DNA of 64,000 nt. Source: an uncultured Acidobacteriota bacterium (GTDB lineage Bacteria; Acidobacteriota; Thermoanaerobaculia; Gp7-AA8). How positions within the stretch are numbered: position 1 is the first letter of the stretch; every line of letters begins with the position of its first letter. Below, one piece after another: positions 19,885 through 30,853 of this stretch. A program made the position numbers and the translations under genes. The notes beneath the pieces were generated by a model that was given only the letters and a program-made list of their open reading frames with translations, was not told the origin of the DNA and did not search any database. The stretch spans positions 896,001 through 960,000 of the forward strand of contig CAVUKB010000007.1 of assembly GCA_963741955.1 (NCBI GenBank), read 5' to 3'.

Positions 19885-22800
19885 TGATGAAGAGTCACCA
19901 GAAGGGCATGTCGCTGATCGAGGTTCTCGTCTCGCTCGGCATCCTCTCCGTGATCATCGTGGCGTCCCTCCAGGTGGCGACCACGGTCACCCGAACGACA
20001 CAGAACAACATGCAGAAGCAGTTCGCCACCCAACGAGCGATGTCGATGCTGGAAGAGCTGAAAGGGGTGATTCAATCCGATCAGGGTGCGACCGCGACGC
20101 TTCTGGACGACTATGACGACGGGACGACCAATCGCCCCCTCCTCACCACCCAGAAAGACGTGACCGATCCGGCTTCACCGCAAAGCGGAAACGTACCGCT
20201 CGGCCCCGGTCGCTGGCTCTACGAGCGGCGAATCACGGTGCGGAAGCTTCCCGGCCAATCCAACGATCTCCGCCTGGTCAACGTCACGGTGTACATCAAC
20301 GAAGAGGGAGGGCAGAGACCCCTGGCGGATGTCGCATCGGTACTGAGTACGATCGCGGTGAATCTACCGCCAACCCAGGTGTACGACGTCTATTGCGTCG
20401 CAATCGAGAATGTTCCAGGGTGGTGGGTCTACATGGCGAACGTCGTCCCCTTCGTCCAGGGAGCGATTCAGGATCTTCAGTCCCGGCATCCCGGGCTGCA
20501 GTTCCGCACCCACTGGATCCGCGAGCTCGCGTATGGACGCGATTCCCAGTACCTTCCATACGTCAACGAAGCCCAGGACTCGACGGCGACGATCAATTCG
20601 GTCTATTTCTATCCGGGAACACTCCCCTCCGGTTCGGCCGTCGACAGCTACTACCCACCCGATTTCTTCAACGGACGGATCAATGTCGATGGAGTGGAAC
20701 GCAACGGCTTCGATACGAAGAACCCTTATCCCTATGCGCTCGCCGATCAGTACAACAACGCGATGCGGTATCCGGACGAACTGGCTCTTTTCAACCTCCG
20801 AGTCGCATCGGGGAAGGAACGCGCGGACCAGCCGACTCTCCGCCTCCTTCTCGACGACATGTACATGCATCCGTCCAAGTACCAGAACGCGATCCTGATC
20901 AACCTTCACGGCGAGCTCTTTCCGTTCCCTCCGGTTCGCAACTACTCCGATGCGGCGAAGGATCCTCTGGACGATCCGTACATCCGCGCCGTGACTCATC
21001 CGGAACAGCTGCACTACGCCAATACGGATCCTCTGCGACTTCGTGTGTACGGCTATCACATGAATCGCAGCAACCCCGCGGCGGAACCCGAATGGCTCGG
21101 AGAGAATCGCGCCTCGCCGGAGCCGATCACCCTGGTGCTCAAGGGCATCAACTGGTCGCCGACACCAGCCGACGTGACCGCGATCACCGGAGGGGTCGAC
21201 TTCAATGGTGACGGATCACCGGATCCCTATTCGGCCGACCCGACCTCTTCTTCTCCTCTTCCGGCGGTTGCGCCAACGGGAATGTGGTTCCGCTCGTACG
21301 GCAGCGGGAGCGATACGGTGATCGAGCTGTACAACACTCCGCTCCAGACTCCGTGTGTGACCGCAAAGCACTCCCACACCCTCTGCGACGAGGGTGGACT
21401 GATGGACACGCACCGGCTCTACGGACTGGAGTACATCCCCTCTCCGGTCGAGGATCTGACCGGAAGCGCTGCACCTGCGCCCTTCAGTACGGACCTGACC
21501 TCTGCCGGCGACGGGGAGAAGAACACCGCACGTTGGGTGATCACCATCCCCTCCTACGTCCTGCCGCAGGACGCGACGATCACCATCGAAACGAGAATCG
21601 GGTCCGACATCGGAACCGGGATCCTCTATCCCGTCCCGTCGAAACCAGCTGACCTGTCGCGCACGTACGTCTGGCGAGGCGACGATCTGTGGGCGTTCGG
21701 CGATGCGACTCACGAGCCCCACATTCCGATCACCGAGCAATATCAGATGCTCGGTGATCCGCGCCACAATCCCTATGCTGATCTCAAGCTTCCTCACGAG
21801 GGTTCGGGCTATCCGAACGTGAGCCGTCTCGGAATGGGCTACAACCGATATTTCGACGATTTCCACAACGGCGCAGCGAATCGGGCCGCCTGGTGGCCCG
21901 GGTACTCCTATCAGGCGCCTTTGTTCAGTGGGAAGTGGTACGGAGTGAAGAACAATCCGACCGATACGGATCCTAACGACGACGGGTGGGACACCGGGGC
22001 CGGTCAGATCGACGCAGACGTGCCGAGGATTTTCGAAGTAGTCCGAACGGCCATTCTGCGGGCGAACGCCGTATACACCACCATGACCGGGTTTTCCTAC
22101 TTCTACGTCGGGCTCGGCGGCGAGATCGGCTACGACTCGGCGAACAATTTCCCGAGCTCCATCGCAGTGTCAGAAAAACCCTTCAGCGGTAAGGGCGGCT
22201 GGCGGTTCGAGCAGTCGATCACCAATGACACCATCAACGGCAACGAAGGTGGCGTGAAGTACATCCGGGAGAATACCAGCGGGAATTACTGGTGGTCGAT
22301 GAGCTGGCTGGGAGAGCTCTATCCCGATTCGATGTACGGGGGTGCCAACGGATGGGCGGCAACAGGGAATCTCCCGACCGGAACCGGAAGCGGAACGTTC
22401 ATTCGCGTGCTGAGGAAGAACGTCACGAGCTGGCTTCCCTCAGGGACGACGCTGCAGAGCTCCGTCCATAGAACTCAGGAAGAGGGAAGCACTTCTTTCT
22501 TCTGGAGTGGATCTCCGAACTCCACTTTCCACCACCGTTATCAGGACGGAACGAACGGGACCCTTGCGGCGGACGGTCAGGACATCGCGGCGAACTATCA
22601 GTTCCCGATTCCTCAGAGCATCCCGAACGCCAGGCCTTTCGACATCAATGTGAATGACACGGGGATGAATCCGGATCACTTCCTTCAGCCGGTTTATGGC
22701 GAAGCCCTGACCCTGGAGAAGGAAGCGGAGTTCTACCGCCATTCGACGAACATTCAGGGGAGCAGTCTGATTTCGATGCGACAGCCTTCGAGCGGAGATA

Positions 22801-23351
22801 CCGCATTCGTGGTGGTGAACGGTCTCTCGCCGACCGGACAGTCGGGAGTTGCCTTCATGGCGCGCTGGTCGTTCCTCAGCCTGATCCAGAGCTATCTGAT
22901 TGCGGGACGGTATCCCGGGGGGTCAGGGACGGATGAGCACAGAGTCCGTGAACTGCCGCGGGTGACGATCGCCTCTCCCAACGATTCCATGGAGCTCGAC
23001 GATCCGGCTTCCATCGATGTCCAGTGGAACGTGCAGTGGCTGCGATGGGACGGAAAGAAATACACACCCGGCTATCCTGCCGGATTCGCCGAAGACACCC
23101 CGCTGCAGTTCGTGACCCTTTACAGTCGTGACAACGGGAAGACCTGGCTCTACATGCAGGACGATTCGCCGGCGAATCCCGGTGCGCGCCCTTCGGATCC
23201 CGCGAAGCTGGTGACCGCCACTTCGTACAGCTGGGGCGTTCCCTCGGGGAGTTTCCCGAAGGGTAACTATCTGATCCGGGTCGAGGCCTACCGAGGCAAC
23301 CGGACACTCCACTACTCGTTCCACGAATACCGGGCTTACATCAAGAGGTAG
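19884..23351 (+). CDS. giant (1155 aa) prepilin-type N-terminal cleavage/methylation domain protein
   Basis: QKG/MSLIEVLV motif with E5, followed by a large extracellular region. Confidence 0.85.
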   Translation: MMKSHQKGMSLIEVLVSLGILSVIIVASLQVATTVTRTTQNNMQKQFATQRAMSMLEELKGVIQSDQGATATLLDDYDDGTTNRPLLTTQKDVTDPASPQSGNVPLGPGRWLYERRITVRKLPGQSNDLRLVNVTVYINEEGGQRPLADVASVLSTIAVNLPPTQVYDVYCVAIENVPGWWVYMANVVPFVQGAIQDLQSRHPGLQFRTHWIRELAYGRDSQYLPYVNEAQDSTATINSVYFYPGTLPSGSAVDSYYPPDFFNGRINVDGVERNGFDTKNPYPYALADQYNNAMRYPDELALFNLRVASGKERADQPTLRLLLDDMYMHPSKYQNAILINLHGELFPFPPVRNYSDAAKDPLDDPYIRAVTHPEQLHYANTDPLRLRVYGYHMNRSNPAAEPEWLGENRASPEPITLVLKGINWSPTPADVTAITGGVDFNGDGSPDPYSADPTSSSPLPAVAPTGMWFRSYGSGSDTVIELYNTPLQTPCVTAKHSHTLCDEGGLMDTHRLYGLEYIPSPVEDLTGSAAPAPFSTDLTSAGDGEKNTARWVITIPSYVLPQDATITIETRIGSDIGTGILYPVPSKPADLSRTYVWRGDDLWAFGDATHEPHIPITEQYQMLGDPRHNPYADLKLPHEGSGYPNVSRLGMGYNRYFDDFHNGAANRAAWWPGYSYQAPLFSGKWYGVKNNPTDTDPNDDGWDTGAGQIDADVPRIFEVVRTAILRANAVYTTMTGFSYFYVGLGGEIGYDSANNFPSSIAVSEKPFSGKGGWRFEQSITNDTINGNEGGVKYIRENTSGNYWWSMSWLGELYPDSMYGGANGWAATGNLPTGTGSGTFIRVLRKNVTSWLPSGTTLQSSVHRTQEEGSTSFFWSGSPNSTFHHRYQDGTNGTLAADGQDIAANYQFPIPQSIPNARPFDINVNDTGMNPDHFLQPVYGEALTLEKEAEFYRHSTNIQGSSLISMRQPSSGDTAFVVVNGLSPTGQSGVAFMARWSFLSLIQSYLIAGRYPGGSGTDEHRVRELPRVTIASPNDSMELDDPASIDVQWNVQWLRWDGKKYTPGYPAGFAEDTPLQFVTLYSRDNGKTWLYMQDDSPANPGARPSDPAKLVTATSYSWGVPSGSFPKGNYLIRVEAYRGNRTLHYSFHEYRAYIKR

Positions 23352-23356
23352 CGGCG

Positions 23357-24403
23357 ATGCGACGACGATCGAGGTTGGGTGCTGGAGGTTTCTCGCTGAT
23401 CGAAGTGATGGTCGTGACCGCGATCGTGACTGCGATTCTCATCATGGTCTTCGAGATCATGGAAGATTCGTTTCATACCAGCATGTTCACCGAGAGCCAC
23501 AACGACCTGGCCGTCTTCGGTCAGAGGACCGTGAACCGGCTCCAGGTCGAAGTCGCCCAGGCGAGGATGCTCTTTCAGGACGACGCGACCGGCAAAGAAT
23601 ATCGCGACGCACTCGCTCTTCCTGCGACCCGTCCGGTGTGGTCGGACTCACTCCTTCCGGTCGTCGACCCGGCGCCGGAATTGAACCCGGACAGCGGCTC
23701 CGGCACCGATCGACGCGTCGGCAATTGCCTGCTGGTCGCGAAGCAGCTCTCGCCCGTTCCGCTCGCCTGCGACGATGACGGCGATCCTTCGACACCGGAC
23801 ATCGAATTCGAGGCGGATCGATATCGATTCGACTTCTACTATCTCTCACCCAACCGTTCTCGTTCGTTCGCCGATCAGCCGTACTATCTCGATCTGATCG
23901 AGAGCCGCAGCGTCGAGTACGCGGATTACTTTCAGCTCGAGAGTCTGACCCCGAGCCAGATCGCGCAGCTCGTACCGCAACTCGTCTCGCGCGGAATCGA
24001 GCGGGCATGGGATCCGGGCGAAGCGGTCTCCAGCGCGTTCTATTCGCTGAACGACGCCAGCGACGGCGTCTTCAATCCGCCGATCCGGAATCCCGCGATC
24101 GAGCAGGCACGAACGGACTCCCTCCTTCCGGAGTTCAGGGGGGGACGGGTCTCCGGAGCGATGGATTACTCGGTGGCATTCACTCCCGCTGCTCCGGCAA
24201 AACCGTTCGAGCTGAGGACTCCGATCTCCCGGTATGCCGTGCTCGACAGCGGGATTCCGCAGTTTCCCTCGGGATTCGAGGTGAAGATCGCCGGTCCCTC
24301 GGGAACACGCAAACTTCTCTCCCGGTTGGTTCTAATGTCGCACTATGGAGTCACCAAGTTCGAGTCTCAGGAGTGCTTCGTCACGACTTCGGGACGATTC
24401 TGA
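23357..24403 (+). CDS. prepilin-type N-terminal domain protein (PilW-like)
   Basis: GG/FSLIEVMVV motif. Confidence 0.85.
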   Translation: MRRRSRLGAGGFSLIEVMVVTAIVTAILIMVFEIMEDSFHTSMFTESHNDLAVFGQRTVNRLQVEVAQARMLFQDDATGKEYRDALALPATRPVWSDSLLPVVDPAPELNPDSGSGTDRRVGNCLLVAKQLSPVPLACDDDGDPSTPDIEFEADRYRFDFYYLSPNRSRSFADQPYYLDLIESRSVEYADYFQLESLTPSQIAQLVPQLVSRGIERAWDPGEAVSSAFYSLNDASDGVFNPPIRNPAIEQARTDSLLPEFRGGRVSGAMDYSVAFTPAAPAKPFELRTPISRYAVLDSGIPQFPSGFEVKIAGPSGTRKLLSRLVLMSHYGVTKFESQECFVTTSGRF

Positions 24404-24436
24404 ACCGCGAGCTTGTTCACAGTCACGGAGCCCGAA

Positions 24437-25090
24437 ATGAAAAAAATTCTGATCCTCGCCATGGCCGCCTTCGTCGTCTCTCCTCTCCTCTGGGCATCCC
24501 AGAAGAGTGAGCAGGAACACTCGGCGAAGAGCACCGCAAAAAGCACGGAGAAGAAGGCCACCACGAAAGCCGCGAAGGAATCCGCCGACCAGAGGAAGGC
24601 GGAGGATGGGAAGGAGCTTCCGGAGATCAGGCTCCGCGCCGTGGCGCCCGCATCGACCCAGGCACCGGTGATTTCTCCGAAGGGCGGCTCGTCACTCGTC
24701 GCCGCTGCTGCCGCTGGTAAGAAGCAGCGCGGCAAGAGCCGCATCTCCATCGATGATTCGATGGTCAAGAAGGCCCACGCTGAATTCACCACCACGGATT
24801 CGAAGTACGACCCCACCCGGGAGTACGAGGCGGAGAAGCAGGACCAGGAGCGTGAGGAGCGTCAGAAATCACTCGATCGGGCGCGGCAGGACGAGCAGAA
24901 TGCGCAGCAGGAGATCGCGGCGAAGCAGCGGGGAGAGAAGATCAAGGACCTCGAAGCTCGTCTCGCCCGGCTTTCCGCATCGTATTCGGACGAGGGTAAC
25001 GACCCTGCCGCGACGCAGTACGACGAGATCGAGAAGGAGATGCAGCAGATTCAGAAGGAAATCGAGGATCTGCGGAAGCAGAAGCCCTGA
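24437..25090 (+). CDS. hypothetical secreted coiled-coil protein
   Basis: MKKILILAMAAF signal peptide; charged coiled-coil C-terminus. Confidence 0.75.
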   Translation: MKKILILAMAAFVVSPLLWASQKSEQEHSAKSTAKSTEKKATTKAAKESADQRKAEDGKELPEIRLRAVAPASTQAPVISPKGGSSLVAAAAAGKKQRGKSRISIDDSMVKKAHAEFTTTDSKYDPTREYEAEKQDQEREERQKSLDRARQDEQNAQQEIAAKQRGEKIKDLEARLARLSASYSDEGNDPAATQYDEIEKEMQQIQKEIEDLRKQKP

Positions 25091-25142
25091 CCTCGATCTG
25101 CTGACGTTGATTACGATCCGCAGACTTCCGGGCTAACGCGGG

Positions 25143-26297
25143 CTAGCGCCTCAGGCCACGCGAGCGATACATGTCGGCGTCCGCACGGATGATCGCGTCC
25201 TGGAGCGACCGTTCGTTTCCGTACTCCGCCACGCCCCACGAAAGATGAAGCGGACGGAGTTCACCGGGGTGCAGCGGGAAGACGAGACTCCGGTTGATTT
25301 CGTCGAAACGGCGGGCCGCCGCCCCCGCATCGAGGCCCGGCAGAATCGCCAGAAACTCGTCGCCTCCCCATCGGAACAGGAAATCGTCAGCACGAATGAT
25401 GCTGCGGATCGCCTGTGCGGCGCTCCGGATCGCGGCGTCGCCTGCGTCGTGACCTTCGAGATCGTTGATCTCCTTCAGAAAATCGAGATCGACCATCACC
25501 ACGGTTCCGGCTTCGCCTGCGCCGCTGCTCACTTCGGCCTCGGTGAGCTCGTAAAGTGCGTGACGGTTGAGCGTTCCCGTGAGAGGGTCCGTCAGCGCCT
25601 TCCTGGCCAGCAGATCGTGTGACTGGCGCAACCGCTCCACCTCCGTCCGGAGCTCGGTCTTCGCTTCTTCGGTGATGACCAGAATCATTCCGAAACCGAG
25701 GAGGAGAGTTCCCAAAGCATCCGCAACCGGAGCCCACACCAGGAAATCGAGACGCACCCACGTGCCGTGGATCGAGTAGAGAGGAACGTAGGCGACGAAA
25801 AGTACCGCCAGAAATGCGAGAGAGCTCCGCATCATTTGCCATCCCGCGCTCCGCTCCTCCGGGGCGACTCTCCCCAGCAGACGGAAGGACCAGACGAATG
25901 CGATCGCGGCCACCGCGGCTTCGACGGCGAAGAGGCGGACCAGTCCCGGCGCAACGATGACCATGAGGATCGCCAGGGCTGCACCGAGCGGAATCAGTGC
26001 CGCGTTCTTCCGCCAGGGGAGAGGACGCCGCCGCACCAGCATGCTGAAGCCCGCAGCGAGGAGAAAGGCGAACGACCATTCGGAAAGGAGGAAGACCAAC
26101 CACCACATCCGGTCGTCCGACACGAGATACGCGTGCACCGACAGGAGTGCAACGAACATCGAGCCCCACGCCGCCGCCCACAGCCGGGGATAGATCCGCT
26201 CCGAGCTCTGAGAAGCCCACACCAGCGCCAGCGCGAGGAGCAACGTCCCTCCCGCTTCGAAGGCGAGCGCAGTACCGGAGAAGAGTTGATCGAACAT
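25143..26297 (-). CDS. membrane diguanylate cyclase (GGDEF)
   Basis: About 7 TM helices, TDPLTGTLNR, DLDFLKEIND, RWGGDEF. Confidence 0.92.
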   Translation of the reverse strand: MFDQLFSGTALAFEAGGTLLLALALVWASQSSERIYPRLWAAAWGSMFVALLSVHAYLVSDDRMWWLVFLLSEWSFAFLLAAGFSMLVRRRPLPWRKNAALIPLGAALAILMVIVAPGLVRLFAVEAAVAAIAFVWSFRLLGRVAPEERSAGWQMMRSSLAFLAVLFVAYVPLYSIHGTWVRLDFLVWAPVADALGTLLLGFGMILVITEEAKTELRTEVERLRQSHDLLARKALTDPLTGTLNRHALYELTEAEVSSGAGEAGTVVMVDLDFLKEINDLEGHDAGDAAIRSAAQAIRSIIRADDFLFRWGGDEFLAILPGLDAGAAARRFDEINRSLVFPLHPGELRPLHLSWGVAEYGNERSLQDAIIRADADMYRSRGLRR

Positions 26298-26425
26298 GAC
26301 GCCGAGCCGTATTCGGAGCTCATTGGTGGGACGGTGGGGGAGGAACTACGGTTCCGTTTCCGGAAATGGAAAGCGGGCCCCGGAATCCGGGACCCGCTTC
26401 GAAGAACTTCGAGATTCTCGGGAGA

Positions 26426-27145
26426 TCAGTCGAGCTTGATCGACTTCTTCGTCTTGTCGCGGCGGCTCTTTTCCTTCGCGTTGTACTCGTCCATACAGCT
26501 TCCCTTGTCCACCATCGCGCAGGAGAGATAATCGCTGATCTCGATGATGCAGCCGCGGATCGCTTTTCCGACCGGAGTGTTGTTGTACTTCTCCAGCCCT
26601 CCGCCGAGTCCGTGCGTATATCCGCTCGCGTTCAGGCCATAGCTCGAGGAGCGCGCCTCGACGGTGCGCGTGAACGCGACCTCGCCGGTCGTTGTATCGA
26701 TGACCCGGAGGTCGACCGCCATGTACGCCTCGTCCTTCTTGCCGCCGACGTGGAGTCCCCGGAAGCTCAGACCACCGCCACCACCCTGGGTCTTCTCTTC
26801 GAACGAGCTGACCGTTGCGACGACCAGATACTGCGCTCCGGTCACCTTCCCGATTTTCGCGCCGGTGCTGGCGCTGATCCGTCCGGAAGCCGCGAGATCC
26901 TGTTCGTCGAGAACCGCGTTCAGCTTGTCGCGCTCGACCATTCTGAACTTGTCCGTCGAGGCGAGCTCGTTGGTCAGCATCCCCGCCAGATCGTTCCCCA
27001 CGCCGCCGTACCACCAGCCGGCCGACGTGTCGTTGCGAAACTCCGCGACCGCGAGAGTCGGTTTTCCGGCCGCGGCGCTGATCACCGGAAATGCGAAAAC
27101 GACGACGAGTGAGGCAAGGAGAAGAATCTTCCAATTTCTATTCAT
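26426..27145 (-). CDS. CsgG/HfaB family protein
   Basis: Signal peptide; FRMVERDKLNAVLDEQ, GAQYLV, VDLRVIDTTTGEV. Confidence 0.88.
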   Translation of the reverse strand: MNRNWKILLLASLVVVFAFPVISAAAGKPTLAVAEFRNDTSAGWWYGGVGNDLAGMLTNELASTDKFRMVERDKLNAVLDEQDLAASGRISASTGAKIGKVTGAQYLVVATVSSFEEKTQGGGGGLSFRGLHVGGKKDEAYMAVDLRVIDTTTGEVAFTRTVEARSSSYGLNASGYTHGLGGGLEKYNNTPVGKAIRGCIIEISDYLSCAMVDKGSCMDEYNAKEKSRRDKTKKSIKLD

Positions 27146-27275
27146 GATGTCTCCTGGTGAGATTTCTGTTCGCGGTGATTCTCTCGCGAGATCGTACCCT
27201 GACTTGTGAGATGGATCACCACATTGTAAACCTCCGCTGAACGGAGGTCGATGTCGATTCCGTCACCCGGCCCGG

Positions 27276-28835
27276 TCAGCGCGGCGACGAGACGGGAGCT
27301 CCCAGCCGCGGTTTCGCGCCGGGAAGGATCCCGAGGGGCCGCGGCGCCAGTCTCTCGACCGTCGCACCCTCGTTGCCCTCGACCAGGAGCGCGAGCTGGA
27401 ACGCCCGCACCAGACGGTCCACCCAGCCGCGTGCTTCCCGCTCCTCGAGAGCGCCGAGCTGCTGTTCGATCCCGGCACTTTCCTCGGGAAAATGCCGTTG
27501 GATCCGCTCGAGCATCGGCTTGTGGGCCCCTTCTTTGCGCGCGGCCCGGAGAGTATCGAGGATCAGAATGTTCGTGGTTCCCTCCCAGATCGGCAGGACC
27601 TGCGCATCCCGCAACAGGCGCGGCATGGGCGATTCCTCGATGTAGCCGTTGCCGCCGATCAGTTCCAGCGCCTCGGAGACGATCGGAACCGCCAGCTTTC
27701 CGGTGGTGAGCTTCGCGATCGGAGTGAGGATCCGGAGCAGCAGCGCCGCTTCCGCGTCTCCGCGATCGGCACGTCCGATCGCCTCGACGGCTTCGAACGT
27801 CAGGTACAGCGCTGCGACATGCTCCGCTTCCAGGTCGGCGAGAGTCTCCGCCGCCAACGGATGTTCGACCACCGTCCGCCCGAACGCCCTCCTTCGCTCG
27901 ACGTAATGTTGCGCCTCGGCGATGGCCCGTCCCATCACGGCCACCGAAGCGACGGCATTGTAGAGACGGGAGAGATTCAACATGTCGGTGATCGGTGCGA
28001 ATCCTCCGACCTCCTCTGCAATCGCGTCGGTGAGAGTGACTTCGCCGGTCGGCATGGAGCGGACGCCGAGCTTTTCCTTCAACCGGTCGATGCGAACGCC
28101 GGGATTGTCACGGGTGAGAAGAAGGAACGTTCGAATCCCGCGGGTGCCTGCAGGGCCCCCGTCCGTACGTGCGGTGACCAGCGCTGCTTCCGCATCGACG
28201 TTCGAACAGAACCACTTCAGCCCCGAGAGTCGCCACTGCCCGTCGTCACCACGCCTGGCGATGGCCTCGTTCGCACCGACGTCGGAACCGCCGATGCGCT
28301 CGGTCAGGAACATCGCTCCGGTCCACAGCTCGGGACGATCCTTCGCCGTCAGATGCGGAACCACGCGTTCAATCTGATCGGGAGTTCCGTGCCGCTCGAG
28401 GACGCGCGCGACGCCGTCGGTCATGCAGGCCGGGCAGTAGAGTCCTGCCTCCGCCATCGCGAAGAGATACCCGAGGCCGAATCCGACGAGCTGAACCGAG
28501 TCGGGGTGGTCCCGCCGGACCTGCGGGTCATACTTCATCCCGATCATGCCGGAGCCGTACGCGATCCGCTCCATGGTCCGATACGCGGGATGGTATTCGA
28601 CCCGATCGATCCTTTCACCGCGCGCGTCGAAGCTCACCAGCACCGGCGACTCGCGATCGGCGATCGCAGCGCGCGGCGCCACCTCGACGGCGGCCAGTTT
28701 CCCCATTTCCTCGAACCGCGGTTCTGCCCAGGTGAACTCTTCGGCGCCGAGCTTCCGGAGCAGAATCGCCTGGAGGGTGGGGGAGAGGTGCCAGTAGGAA
28801 TCGGTCAGCGGCGAGGGGATATGCGAGTCGGACAT
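27276..28835 (-). CDS. acyl-CoA dehydrogenase (AidB-like)
   Basis: [39 protein letters not shown]. Confidence 0.9.
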   Translation of the reverse strand: MSDSHIPSPLTDSYWHLSPTLQAILLRKLGAEEFTWAEPRFEEMGKLAAVEVAPRAAIADRESPVLVSFDARGERIDRVEYHPAYRTMERIAYGSGMIGMKYDPQVRRDHPDSVQLVGFGLGYLFAMAEAGLYCPACMTDGVARVLERHGTPDQIERVVPHLTAKDRPELWTGAMFLTERIGGSDVGANEAIARRGDDGQWRLSGLKWFCSNVDAEAALVTARTDGGPAGTRGIRTFLLLTRDNPGVRIDRLKEKLGVRSMPTGEVTLTDAIAEEVGGFAPITDMLNLSRLYNAVASVAVMGRAIAEAQHYVERRRAFGRTVVEHPLAAETLADLEAEHVAALYLTFEAVEAIGRADRGDAEAALLLRILTPIAKLTTGKLAVPIVSEALELIGGNGYIEESPMPRLLRDAQVLPIWEGTTNILILDTLRAARKEGAHKPMLERIQRHFPEESAGIEQQLGALEEREARGWVDRLVRAFQLALLVEGNEGATVERLAPRPLGILPGAKPRLGAPVSSPR

Positions 28836-28978
28836 GACGGCTCCCTGATGGATATCGTTCGTTTCCCGGATCAATGTATGTTCGTTGTAACGAAATCGCT
28901 AACCAGGATCAACCGCCACCGCGGGGTGGTAAACTCGCGGTCTATCCGATCAATTGATTCGGTAAGAAGGAGGCATCG

Positions 28979-29542
28979 ATGCAACTCATCAGGCGCTCGA
29001 TCCAGTGGGGGATCGTTCCGTTCGCTCTCATCTGTCTGCTCACTCCGGTCCTTGCCTTGGGCGCGGACAAACCCGTCGCGGCAACCAGCGGGGTGCGTGC
29101 CGAGCTGATCGCACACATGCAGACTCTGGAGAACAAGTTCGTGGGTCTGGCCGAGGCAATTCCGCAGGCGAAGTACGACTGGAGACCTGCCCCCGGCGTC
29201 CGTTCCGTATCCGAGGTTTTCGGGCACGTGGCCGGCTCGAATTACATGTTCGCGAAGATGCTCGGGGCCACTCCTCCGGTGGCGGTCAAAGGGGAGAATC
29301 TCGAAAAGGCCATCACTACGCAGAAGGAAGCGGTGGACGCGTTGAAGCAGTCGTTCGCCCTGACGATGGACACGATCCGCAAGATGTCGGACGCCGATCT
29401 GGAGAAGTCGGTGAAGCTCTTCGGACAGGAGATGTCGGCGCGTGCGGTGTTGATCGGCGACATGGGACATCAGAGCGAGCATCTCGGTCAGATGATCGCG
29501 TACGCCCGGATGAACGGAGTCGTTCCTCCCTGGAGCAAGTAG
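28979..29542 (+). CDS. DinB family protein (exported)
   Basis: WRPAPGVRSVSEVFGH, HQSEHLGQ...RMNGVVPP. Confidence 0.88.
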   Translation: MQLIRRSIQWGIVPFALICLLTPVLALGADKPVAATSGVRAELIAHMQTLENKFVGLAEAIPQAKYDWRPAPGVRSVSEVFGHVAGSNYMFAKMLGATPPVAVKGENLEKAITTQKEAVDALKQSFALTMDTIRKMSDADLEKSVKLFGQEMSARAVLIGDMGHQSEHLGQMIAYARMNGVVPPWSK

Positions 29543-29671
29543 CGTCCGCCGGCTCGCCGCCCGAAACGGGGGCGATTCGTTTCAGCAGGTTGGAAGTCTC
29601 GTCCCGCGGTCCGGCTTCGTGCCGGACCGCTTCGTTTCTGCGCGGATGCCGCTTCGGGCCATTGGGGCCAG

Positions 29672-29830
29672 GAGTCTGCGCGGTAGAAACTGTCCTGCTG
29701 CGAAAGCGGATCAACGGTCCAAATCCGCCCGGATTTTCGGCGAGTAGCCACCGCTACGCACCTCAAATCCGAACGAATTTGGCCTCGTTGCTCCGCTTTC
29801 TCGCTACGGACGTTTCTACCGCGCAGACTC
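29672..29830. mobile_element. 159-bp MITE related to the IS1182-family element at 61632-63222
   Basis: 19-bp perfect TIR GAGTCTGCGCGGTAGAAAC, flanked by CCAG/CTAG; near-identical inverted copy at 56031-56189. Confidence 0.88.
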
Positions 29831-29843
29831 CTAGGCGGCCAGC

Positions 29844-30824
29844 TCACCTCACCCGTAGCGCGATCTTGCCGAAGTGCTCGCTCCGCTGCATCATCCGGTG
29901 CGCTTCCGCCGCCTGCTCGAGTGGCATCACCCGGTAGATCTCGGGACGGAGTCTTCCATCCTGGAGCGTGGCCCCGAACCGCTCCACGAACGCCGACACG
30001 ATCGACGCCTTCTCCGTCTTCGAGCGACTCCGCAGGGTCGATCCCATCACGTGCAGTCTTCGCGAGAGGAGAAGCGAGAGATCGAGCTCGCCCTTCCGGC
30101 CTCCCATCCCGCCGATGATCACCAGCTTCCCTTCGACGGCGAGAGAGGCGACATTGCGCGAGAGATAGCTCCCACCGACGTGATCGAGGATGACGTTCAC
30201 GCCGTGGCCTCCGGTCTCCCGGCGCACCGCTTCCGCGAAATCTTCCTCGTGGTAATTGAACGCGGCAGTCGCACCGAGCTGGATCGAGCGATCGCACTTC
30301 TCCCAGCTTCCGGCGGTGACGAAGCATCGGAGCTTCGCCTCGCGACAGAGGATGGTCGCGGCGGTTCCGACGCCGCTCCCCCCGCCGTGGACGAGAACCG
30401 AACCTTCCTCCGGCGGCCGGCCGAGGAGGAACAGATTCAGAAACGCAGTGAGGAAGACCTCGGGCATCGCGCCGGCCTCCTCGTAGGGGAGTGTGTCCGG
30501 AATCCGGATCACGGACCCCGCATCGACGACGACCTGCTCCGCGTATCCGCCGCCCGGCAGGAGCGCCATCACGCGGTCGCCGGCGTGGAAGTCTCGAACG
30601 CCCTCGCCGACGCGCGCGACACGACCGGCGCATTCGAGCCCGAGGATCTCCGATGCACCGCGCGGAGGAGGATAGAGTCCCTGTCTCTGTAGAAGGTCCG
30701 CCCGGTTGACTGCCGTGGCGTGCACGTCGATGAGAACTTCACCGGCTGCCGGTTCGGGGGCTGCAACCTGCCCGATGCGGAGGACGGACTCGTCCCCCGG
30801 CTGGGTGATCACGATCGCGCGCAT
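29844..30824 (-). CDS. NAD(P)H-quinone oxidoreductase (PIG3/zeta-crystallin family)
   Basis: VNRADLLQRQG, GLECAG, HGGGSGVG, GSTLRSR, HFGKI. Confidence 0.92.
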   Translation of the reverse strand: MRAIVITQPGDESVLRIGQVAAPEPAAGEVLIDVHATAVNRADLLQRQGLYPPPRGASEILGLECAGRVARVGEGVRDFHAGDRVMALLPGGGYAEQVVVDAGSVIRIPDTLPYEEAGAMPEVFLTAFLNLFLLGRPPEEGSVLVHGGGSGVGTAATILCREAKLRCFVTAGSWEKCDRSIQLGATAAFNYHEEDFAEAVRRETGGHGVNVILDHVGGSYLSRNVASLAVEGKLVIIGGMGGRKGELDLSLLLSRRLHVMGSTLRSRSKTEKASIVSAFVERFGATLQDGRLRPEIYRVMPLEQAAEAHRMMQRSEHFGKIALRVR

Positions 30825-30853
30825 GAGACGCGATATATCACAACCGGCGGTGT

